A stretch of DNA of 64,000 bases from Candidatus Omnitrophota bacterium (GTDB taxonomy: Bacteria > Omnitrophota > Gorgyraeia > Zapsychrales > Zapsychraceae), in contig DATDQB010000001.1 of NCBI GenBank assembly GCA_035292445.1, positions 71,530 through 135,529 of the forward strand. Reading direction: 5' to 3'. Under the pieces are notes generated by a model, which worked only from the letters and a program-made list of their open reading frames with translations, was not told where the DNA came from and did not search any database. The translations under genes were made by a program, and so were the position numbers. Shown piece after piece: positions 56,978 through 64,000 of the stretch; within the stretch, counting starts at the first letter, position 1; each line of letters begins with the position of its first letter.

Positions 56978-58738
56978 ATGATTCTAGACAAATCACGCCA
57001 AGAAAACAAGATAAAATTATTTTTATTGCCCCTATTTCTTCCATGTATTAATATTGAACTGATGAATTTACTTTTCCTTGTCCTTTGCTCGATCATTCTT
57101 CTCTTATTGGGCTATTACACCTACGGCATTGCCCTGGCCAAGTGGTTCAAGCTTTCCGATGCGAACGTCACTCCTGCCCACTGCCTGCGTGACAACCAGG
57201 ATTTTGTCCCCACGCCCAAATTTTATTTGGTCAATCAGCACCTTTCCGCTATTGCTGCCGCCGGCCCGATTGTCGGGCCTATCCTCGCCGGCATGTGGTT
57301 CGGGTGGCTGCCGACCTTCTTCTGGATCGTTTTGGGCGGGATCTTTATCGGCGGCGTGCACGACTTTCTATCGCTTCTTGCTTCCGTCCGCCATCAGGGC
57401 CGCTCCATCGCGGAGATCATCAAAGAAACGATGGGACAAAAGGCCTTTATTATTTTTCTTCTCTTTTTATGGTTCTCGCTCGTCTACATCATCGCCGCCT
57501 TCACCGACGTCACCTCAAGCACCTTCGCGGAAGCGCAGCACGGCGCCTCCATCGCCTCCTCTTCCATGCTCTATCTTCTCTTGGCCTTCATCATGGGGCT
57601 TATCCTGAAAATATTCAAACCGCCGCTGATGTTGGCCACCTTTATCTTTCTTCCTTTAGTATTTGTGTGCATCTGGCTGGGGCCGTATCTTCCGTTGAAC
57701 CTGCCGTCTCTTTTCGGTTTGAATTTGCGCATGAGCTGGAACATCATGCTTTTGGCGTATTGCTTTATGGCAGCCGTCATTCCGGTTTGGGTCCTCTTGC
57801 AGCCGCGCGGTTACTTAGGCGGATTTTTCTTAACGCTCACGGCTGTGGTGAGCTTTATCGGGCTTGTCATCGGAAGCTTCACCCATACGATCGCCATGCA
57901 ATATCCGGCGTTTGTCAGCTGGAACAATCCGCAAGGGCTTCCGTTACTGCCGCTCCTTTTTACGACCGTTGCCTGCGGGGCGTGTTCGGGGTTTCATTGC
58001 CTGATCGCCTCCGGCACCACGTCAAAGCAGCTTAACAAAGAATCTGATGTCCGTTTCGTGGCCTACGGCGGGATGCTAATGGAATGTTTTGTCGCGGTCA
58101 TGGCGCTCTCTTGCTTGATCATCCTCTCGACAACCCAGGCGCAGGAACTCAAAGACCCCAACCAAATCTTTGCCCACGGGGTCGCGGCTTTTATAAGCAC
58201 CTTAGGTATCAACAAAGAATTCGCCTTGAATTTTGCGCTGTTGGCTTTCGCCACGTTTGTCTATGACACCCTTGATGTGGCGACACGTTTGGGCCGTTAC
58301 ATTTTTGAGGAATTGACGGGCTGGAAAAATAAATGGAGCCCGTACGTGGCGGCCGCGCTGACACTTGTTTTGCCGTTGTGGTTTCTGACGCGCACCTTTA
58401 CCGATGCACAAGGCAATCCGATCGCGGGATGGAAAATGTTTTGGACGGTCTTTGGTTCGAGCAATCAACTTTTGGCGGCCATGGTTTTATTCGGGCTGGC
58501 CGTGTGGCTGTTCAAGCTGGGGCAAAAATTCCGCGTGGCGCTTCTTCCTTCAGTATTTATGATCGTCGTTGCGGTCAGTTCCCTGTTTCTTATCATCCGC
58601 CCGTGGCTAGGCAAAATCCTTCAGGGCAATTTTTCCGCCGACCCGGTCGGCTTGACCTGCATCGCCCTTTTTATCCTCACCGGTTTTCTTCTCATCGAAG
58701 GCGCCGTTATCTTTCTTAAAGGGAAGAAAAATCAATAA
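56978..58738 (+). CDS. cstA: Carbon starvation protein CstA (peptide/pyruvate transporter family); probable start at ATG 57062
   Basis: LLGYYTYGIALAKWFKLSD...GPIVGPILAGMWFGWLPTFFWIVLGGIFIGGVHDF. The ATG at 56978 lies 3 nt from the divergent zupT start, so the downstream ATG (MNLLFLVL) is more plausible. Confidence 0.9.
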   Translation: MILDKSRQENKIKLFLLPLFLPCINIELMNLLFLVLCSIILLLLGYYTYGIALAKWFKLSDANVTPAHCLRDNQDFVPTPKFYLVNQHLSAIAAAGPIVGPILAGMWFGWLPTFFWIVLGGIFIGGVHDFLSLLASVRHQGRSIAEIIKETMGQKAFIIFLLFLWFSLVYIIAAFTDVTSSTFAEAQHGASIASSSMLYLLLAFIMGLILKIFKPPLMLATFIFLPLVFVCIWLGPYLPLNLPSLFGLNLRMSWNIMLLAYCFMAAVIPVWVLLQPRGYLGGFFLTLTAVVSFIGLVIGSFTHTIAMQYPAFVSWNNPQGLPLLPLLFTTVACGACSGFHCLIASGTTSKQLNKESDVRFVAYGGMLMECFVAVMALSCLIILSTTQAQELKDPNQIFAHGVAAFISTLGINKEFALNFALLAFATFVYDTLDVATRLGRYIFEELTGWKNKWSPYVAAALTLVLPLWFLTRTFTDAQGNPIAGWKMFWTVFGSSNQLLAAMVLFGLAVWLFKLGQKFRVALLPSVFMIVVAVSSLFLIIRPWLGKILQGNFSADPVGLTCIALFILTGFLLIEGAVIFLKGKKNQ

Positions 58739-60864
58739 TTATTTATCGGCGAAGGCAATGCCTTTTCCTTGATGCGGTTGATGTCCTCATCGCTAATTTC
58801 ATATCCCAGCTCCCTGGCTTTTAAAGCATCCGCCAGCGCCTTCTCCCATTGTTGTTGTGCTTGAAAGGTAAGTGAGCGGTTCATGTAAGCTACGGCATAA
58901 CGGGAATCGAGCGCGATCGCTTCGTTGAGATCGACCAGCGCTAAATCATATTGGCCTTGGGCCATGTAATTGGTGCCTCTGTTATTGTACCCGCGGGCAT
59001 AATCAGGACCAAGCTCCAAAACTTTATCAAAATCTTTTTGCGCCAGATCGTAGCGGCCCGCCAGGTAATACTCGGTCCCTCTTTGGTCCAGCATGAAGAA
59101 ATCATCGGGCTTTAACTGCAGCGCTTTATTAAACTCGGCAATGGCGGCATCATGTTTGCCCTGCTGGCTTAAGAAAAACCCCCTGTCATAATACGTTAAA
59201 TAATTTTCCGGGTTCAGGTAAACCGCTCGGTCCAAATCGGCGAACGAACGTTCAAAATCACCCCTTAGCCCGTAGGCCTTGCCCCTCATGGCGTAGGCTT
59301 TGGCATTGTTCGGCTCCAGCTCCACGGCCTTATCGCCATCCGCAATGGCTTCATCGAACCTTCCCATCGCCACATACACATTGGCCCGGTTAATAAAAGA
59401 GGTCGCTTGTAAGGTATTGCGGCTGATGACCTGATTAAACTCCTCCAAAGCCAAATCATCGTTTCCCCGATGGCTGTAGACAATGCCCCTGACATTTAAA
59501 GCAGAATCGGAATAAGGATTCCCTACCAAAGCGGCGTTAGCGTCTTTAAGGGCAAGGTCCCACTCTTCCTTTTCAACATACGCAGAGGCCCTTAAGCCAT
59601 AGGCCTTGGCCACATACTGGGGATTCTTCTCAATGACGTACGTCCAAAAAGTGATGCTGTCCTTCCAAACCCGGGCAAGAAGAAATGTCTTGGCCGCGAA
59701 GGACAGGTACACGAGCGCCACGGCAATAACCACCGCCGCTTTGACAAAGGCACCCTTTCGCCCCAGCTTTTGAAACCCCGTATAAAACAGCCAGCCGAAA
59801 AATAAACAAAACCCGATACTCGGTATATAGATGTGCCTGTCCGCCACAACGCTGGTGTAACGGACCAAGACCCCATAGCGCAATAAAAAGAAAATGGTCG
59901 CCATAAAAAAAAGAAACGCGAAAATAAACCAACGGCTCTTGCGGAAACGCACCAAAAAGGCCATGTAAACAACAAAAACAATGACCGCGGACATATACGG
60001 CCACTCGCCGAAACCGATGGGCTCCGGCAGTTGGTAATAGGGGATGACATTGAACGGCCACAGGAATTTCTGGATGTAAAAACTGAACGTCCAGAAGAAA
60101 ATAGGGATCGCTTTGGTGATGTCCTCTCCCGGCAACGGCGCCACCAGTTCCGTGTGATGCTGGAAGGTCATATACGTAAGGGGGATGATGTAAAGAAAGT
60201 ACGGGATCTTATCCAGCAACGTTCTTTTATCGAACTTCCTTCCCGCAAACCAATCCAGGACAAAAAGAGCGACCGGCAGGCTCAACGCCGTCGGTTTGGA
60301 AAGCATGCTCAATAAACCGAGCAGTACCGAGACGGAGTAACTTCTTTTGCTGTGCTTCTTCAGATAGGACCAGTACGCCAAAAGTGCCGGCACGTAAAAG
60401 CTCGCGAACAACACGTCTTTGCGCTCGGACATCCAGCAAACGGATTCCACATGCATGGGATGCACCCCGAACAAAAGCGCCGCCAAAGCGCCCGCGTACG
60501 TCGGCAACCCCAGGCGCAGCGCGAGCACAAAGACACACCCCGTGACCCACAAATGAAGCAAAAGATTGTCCAGATGAAAAATAAAAGGGTCGAACCCGAA
60601 AAAGCGGTGTTCCAGCGTCCAGCTCAAGACCGTTAAGGGGCAATAGACTTTTACATAAACCGTCTTGAAGCTGTCCTTGATGTGTTCCCAGTCAAGGGTG
60701 AGGACCGCGGCGTTATCCAGGATAAACTCCGTGTCGTCCCAGTTCGTGAAGTCATTTTGCAATGTTGGCAGGAATGACAGAAACGTGATGCCTAAAATAA
60801 GGATTAAAAGAAAGAATTCCCTTAAACCGAAGCGTTGATGGGATGTGGGTGCGGCTGGTTCCAT
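58732..60864 (-). CDS. TMTC-like protein: N-terminal polytopic GT-C/PMT-like membrane domain (DUF1736-type) fused to C-terminal TPR repeats; putative protein O-mannosyltransferase
   Basis: About 11 TM helices (~400 aa) are followed by ~8 TPR repeats (AYAMRGKAYGLRGDFERS..., NNRGTNYMAQGQYDLA...). Confidence 0.65.
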   Translation of the reverse strand: MEPAAPTSHQRFGLREFFLLILILGITFLSFLPTLQNDFTNWDDTEFILDNAAVLTLDWEHIKDSFKTVYVKVYCPLTVLSWTLEHRFFGFDPFIFHLDNLLLHLWVTGCVFVLALRLGLPTYAGALAALLFGVHPMHVESVCWMSERKDVLFASFYVPALLAYWSYLKKHSKRSYSVSVLLGLLSMLSKPTALSLPVALFVLDWFAGRKFDKRTLLDKIPYFLYIIPLTYMTFQHHTELVAPLPGEDITKAIPIFFWTFSFYIQKFLWPFNVIPYYQLPEPIGFGEWPYMSAVIVFVVYMAFLVRFRKSRWFIFAFLFFMATIFFLLRYGVLVRYTSVVADRHIYIPSIGFCLFFGWLFYTGFQKLGRKGAFVKAAVVIAVALVYLSFAAKTFLLARVWKDSITFWTYVIEKNPQYVAKAYGLRASAYVEKEEWDLALKDANAALVGNPYSDSALNVRGIVYSHRGNDDLALEEFNQVISRNTLQATSFINRANVYVAMGRFDEAIADGDKAVELEPNNAKAYAMRGKAYGLRGDFERSFADLDRAVYLNPENYLTYYDRGFFLSQQGKHDAAIAEFNKALQLKPDDFFMLDQRGTEYYLAGRYDLAQKDFDKVLELGPDYARGYNNRGTNYMAQGQYDLALVDLNEAIALDSRYAVAYMNRSLTFQAQQQWEKALADALKARELGYEISDEDINRIKEKALPSPINNY

Positions 60865-60936
60865 AAGAGGCGGTCCGTTTTATTAAGATTATACAGAAAA
60901 ATAAAAGGTTTGTGGATTTTGAAATGGATTATTTAA

Positions 60937-61615
60937 ATGTTGTCCGCTGTATCCGAAAAAGCTACAATAACCAGCGTGACCAAAATGCTTCTTAAACTGT
61001 ATATCCCTTCGCTTATTATTCTGCTAATCGTTTTCTTGATATGCAAAATTAAAGAAATCCCGATCGAGGTCATGCTCAGCGACCCCTTAGCGCTGGTTGA
61101 CGCCTACCCGTGGCTTGGCCTTGTCTCCAACTTAGGCATCTTAGTCTGGACCGGCTGCGTTGGCGTGTGTTTTTTTTACAGCGGCGGTGTTATCACGGAA
61201 AAACCAAGAAAAGGAATACGTCGGCTTTCTTGTGATCGGCGGGACGATCACCGCGGCACTGATGCTGGATGATCTGTTCATGCTGCATGAATACATCTAT
61301 CCCGATTTCCTTCATATATCGCAGAACATCGTCTTTTGTATTTATGCCATGGTCATTCTTTTATATCTAGTAAGGTTCAACGCCTTGATATTAAAAACCG
61401 ATTTTCCCATCCTTATTTTATCCCTCGCATTCTTCACCCTATCATTAGCAGCCGATATCCTCTCGGAATATCATGACCTGCCATGGCTTGTGTTCTTTGA
61501 TGATGGGGCCAAGTTTCTTGGGATCGTCAGCTGGGTGGGGTATTTCATCAATCTGTGCTTCCAAACGCTTATTTTTGTTTCTCCTCAGCAATACGGACCT
61601 GGTAAGGCGCGTTAA
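60937..61615 (+). pseudogene. Polytopic membrane protein gene interrupted by a frameshift at a T8 homopolymer
   Basis: Track ORF 60937..61272 and track ORF 61160..61615 (TTG start) overlap in adjacent frames, and both are hydrophobic. Removing one T from the run at 61170-61177 joins them into one ~226-aa membrane protein (...WTGCVGVCFF/TAAVLSRKNQ...). Confidence 0.45.
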
Positions 61616-62003
61616 GTTTTTGAGCGATGGCTTCGAATTCTTCCCTGGTCGGGGCCGTGATCGCCACCTCGCCAAGCTCGAGCGCCTGCTCGATCACGGG
61701 CGCCATCATATATTTCTTGTCCACAAAAATGGCAAGCCTCCTGCCGATGGAGGCCTTGGTGAGCTTATAAAATTTCTTCCTGCCTTCTTCCGTCATCTTC
61801 AGTAACAGATGGGGCTGTTCGAAATCAACAATGGTGATGGTCGCGATGTCGTCCTGCGTGATCCTGACTTTCTTCTCGATGTAAATATCGCCGTTGACCG
61901 TGCTCACCTTCTCGGCCTTCTTGCTCAACTTATCAACGACCAGGTGGAACTCAACCGGGATATTCGGTTGTTGGGCATTGGATGGGGCGGCAACCGCCAG
62001 CAA
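61569..62003 (-). CDS. Hypothetical secreted protein; signal peptide encoded upstream of the annotated TTG (to ~62045)
   Basis: The in-frame upstream sequence reads IKIRKIIFIFACLSLLAVAAPSNA|QQ, with n-, h- and c-regions and an AxA-like cleavage site. No ATG/GTG/TTG occurs before the upstream stop at 62115. Confidence 0.5.
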   Translation of the reverse strand: MLAVAAPSNAQQPNIPVEFHLVVDKLSKKAEKVSTVNGDIYIEKKVRITQDDIATITIVDFEQPHLLLKMTEEGRKKFYKLTKASIGRRLAIFVDKKYMMAPVIEQALELGEVAITAPTREEFEAIAQKLNAPYQVRIAEEKQK

Positions 62004-62267
62004 GCTAAGGCAGGCAAAAATGAAAATAATTTTTCTGATCTTAATCCCTCGTGGCCTGGTAAATGGCGTAGGAGGCGCCGGCGGCCAGGGCCGTTCCCAG
62101 TACAGAGCAACCGCTTATCGAGATGGCGATGATGGCGACGAGCGTCAGGTTGAAGGCGTTTTTAAGCACGCGTCCTTTGGCGTTATGCGGCTTGGTGTGT
62201 TGTTTCCACTATAAAGGGCGGGCATTCGATTAGCAAGGTGAAACTGATAAAAGAAATACTTTAATTC

Positions 62268-63737
62268 TTATTTTTTCTTTTCCCTTCTTCGCAATTTAGG
62301 TTCGTCCTTGAGGATCTCGAGAAAGGCATCGACCACTTTGGGATGGAACTGGGTGCCCCTGTTGAGCTTAAGCTCCGCAATGGCTTCCTCCCTGGATAAC
62401 GCCTTGCGGTAGGAGCGGTCCGAGGTCATCGCATCATACGCGTCCGCAACAGATACGATCGCCGCGAACAAATTGAGCTGTTCCCCTTTTAATTGGTCGG
62501 GATAGCCTTTCCCGTCGTAACGCTCATGGTGGCCCCGGACAACGGCCAGCATTTCATCGTTGGTCAAAACCGGCTTGAGGATCTTCTCCCCGATCAAAGG
62601 GTGCTGCTTCATCTCATCCCATTCTTCCTTCGTCAACGGCCCGGGCTTATTAAGGATATTGTCCTTGACCCCGAGCTTGCCGATATCATGCAGCAAGGTC
62701 ATCCTCTTGAACAATTTGACGGTCTGCGCCGAACACCCTAGTTTCGTGGCGATCTTTCCCGAAAAAATAGCGACCGCCTCCGAGTGGCCGCGGGTGTATT
62801 GGTCCCTGATCTCCAGGATGTGCACCAGCGAGCGCACCACCCCGTAAAAATAACCGATCAACCGTTGGCGGGACTCATCCAAATTTTTGGCCATGTGGTT
62901 AAAATCTTTGGCAAACTCGCTGAATTCGCTGTCCCCTTTGATGCGGACCTTATACTTTAGATCCCCTTTGGAAATCCGGCGCGTCCCTTCAACCAGCTCC
63001 TGGACCGGCCGGCTGATGTGCGTGGAGAGGATCGTCCCCAATATCAAAGCCAATAGAAGCCCTACCGCAAAAACAACAAGGACACGCTTTTGCACTTCTT
63101 GCTGCATCTGGTAAACGTCATCGGCCAGGACATCAACCCCCAGCATGGCGATGGCCCGATGGTTCTCATCATAGATCGGGGCATAGCCCGAAAGAGTCAC
63201 CCCCCATTCATCGACCTGAAGTTCCCGGTCCGCGGAAGGGCCGTCAAAGGCCTTGAGCATTTCCGGAAAACGGCTGGCGTCATAATGGTCGCCGGGATAG
63301 GCGGTCGTCTTGCCTTCCGTCGTTTGGTCAGGGTCGACAATAAACTGCCAAATCCCCTCCTGCTCGGTTTTCGTCATCGTGTAGATATACGTGATCATAG
63401 GGCTTATGTCTTTGATCTTATTTAACTTCTCAACAATTGTCTTAAAAGCGGGGGATTCAACGCCCGAAGGGGTAAGCGGCACCTGCATGAGAGTCTGCGC
63501 TTCGATAAATAACGCCGTGGTTTGCGCCATGACCATGAGCTGGTTGCGCAAGCCCTGCAATTGCGCCTGCGCGCTGAAACGGTAGATCAGCATATTGCTT
63601 AAGACCAGGATAAAGACCATCGCCAAAAGGAAAGCGATCGTAATTTTCGCCCGGAAAGACTTAAATAGCAAAGTGAATTTTTTCAGGATCCGATGCATGA
63701 TAGTAAATAGGGCTGTCCCTATCTCTCTTCTTGTCAA
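62268..63737 (-). CDS. Membrane sensor HD-GYP phosphodiesterase (TM, periplasmic sensor domain, TM, HAMP, HD-GYP)
   Basis: The HAMP region is VQELVEGTRRISKGDL. The HD-GYP domain has HSEAVA...LHDIGKLGV...HHERYDGKGYP. Confidence 0.85.
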   Translation of the reverse strand: MTRREIGTALFTIMHRILKKFTLLFKSFRAKITIAFLLAMVFILVLSNMLIYRFSAQAQLQGLRNQLMVMAQTTALFIEAQTLMQVPLTPSGVESPAFKTIVEKLNKIKDISPMITYIYTMTKTEQEGIWQFIVDPDQTTEGKTTAYPGDHYDASRFPEMLKAFDGPSADRELQVDEWGVTLSGYAPIYDENHRAIAMLGVDVLADDVYQMQQEVQKRVLVVFAVGLLLALILGTILSTHISRPVQELVEGTRRISKGDLKYKVRIKGDSEFSEFAKDFNHMAKNLDESRQRLIGYFYGVVRSLVHILEIRDQYTRGHSEAVAIFSGKIATKLGCSAQTVKLFKRMTLLHDIGKLGVKDNILNKPGPLTKEEWDEMKQHPLIGEKILKPVLTNDEMLAVVRGHHERYDGKGYPDQLKGEQLNLFAAIVSVADAYDAMTSDRSYRKALSREEAIAELKLNRGTQFHPKVVDAFLEILKDEPKLRRREKKK

Positions 63738-63826
63738 GGTTATTATATCATGGGCAACATGTCAAGGGAGAGTTTGGGAGAGAAAGTATTTGGAGGTAAG
63801 CCTTTTGTCTTCTATAATTAAATACA

Positions 63827-64000
63827 ATGAATGAAACGCCCCTTCCCACTGATCCACTGAACCAACCCGCGGTCAAAGGCATCCCCCATAAACGTATCTG
63901 CGCGTTTGTGATCGATACCGTCTTCACGGGCGTCATCAATATTTTAATAATCAGCGGCCTTTCGGAGAAATTTTTCGGATCGCCCATTCTATTACCTGTT
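63827..64000 (+). CDS. 3'-truncated CDS: RDD-family membrane protein
   Basis: ATG at 63827 opens MNETPLPTDPLNQPAVKGIPHKRICAFVIDTVFTGVINILII, the R-x-x-A-x-x-I-D RDD motif followed by a TM helix, and runs off the window. A TATAAT at 63813-63818 lies just upstream. The track lists only the antisense ORF 63748..63987. Confidence 0.55.
   Translation, partial: MNETPLPTDPLNQPAVKGIPHKRICAFVIDTVFTGVINILIISGLSEKFFGSPILLPV

Noticed and set aside
57295-58035. 246-aa plus-strand ORF inside cstA in another frame
   Set aside because: It is Arg/His/Leu-rich and an alternative-frame artefact. The in-frame CstA translation has strong family signatures.
61894-62214. 106-aa plus-strand ORF with a Gly-rich repeat (VGGAGGQGRSQ)
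   Set aside because: It overlaps the secreted-protein gene and its signal-peptide extension on the other strand. It is low-complexity with no start context.
63748-63987. 79-aa minus-strand track ORF
   Set aside because: The opposite strand carries an ORF with an RDD-family N-terminus starting at ATG 63827 behind a TATAAT box. The minus-strand translation is featureless.

Overview
This 64 kb window has about 50% GC and is almost gap-free coding sequence. About 60 genes are present and nearly all lie on the minus strand. There is no CRISPR array, transposase, integrase or rRNA. One tRNA-Arg(CCT) is present. Most of the content is a conserved housekeeping backbone:
- Lipid and division genes: pgpA, pgsA, rimO, a RodZ-like gene, ftsK.
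- RNA and translation: pnp-rpsO, glyQS, aspS-hisS, dtd, hup.
- Nucleotide and cofactor metabolism: apt, panB, a guaB-like/guaA operon.
- Energy metabolism: ppdK, an NfnAB/SudAB-like pair.
- Replication and repair: polX, tatD, phoH-pgpH-ybeY-recO, dnaE.
- Chaperones and transporters: groES-groEL behind a CIRCE operator, an AgcS symporter, ZupT, CstA, an HD-GYP phosphodiesterase.
LpxL-family acyltransferase and an outer-membrane beta-barrel suggest a diderm cell, and PPDK with Nfn suggests an anaerobic, fermentative lifestyle. I do not assign a phylum.
Non-routine content includes:
- Most notable: a ParA/MinD-type ATPase fused to a C-terminal AMPK-beta/CBM48-type glycogen-binding domain, inside a cluster of uncharacterised small genes that also holds an orphan Flp pilin.
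- Tandem paralogous methyltransferase-GT2 (DPM-synthase-like) fusion genes and a distant TMTC-like TPR O-mannosyltransferase candidate.
- An archaeal-type Hel308/Ski2 helicase.
- A bacterial AspRS lacking the GAD insertion.
- A GMP synthase with a 62-aa Lys/Arg-rich N-terminal tail, alongside other proteins with basic tails.
- An IMPDH-family protein without CBS domains.
- A ~115-nt imperfect palindrome built from ATTAGG/CCTAAT motifs between guaA and dnaE.
- A membrane-protein gene split by a frameshift at a T8 homopolymer.
- Two secreted-protein genes whose signal peptides begin upstream of any canonical start codon.
- Several near-consensus promoters, terminators and candidate operator palindromes.
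All calls rest on reading motifs in the translated ORFs and the DNA by eye. No database search was run.
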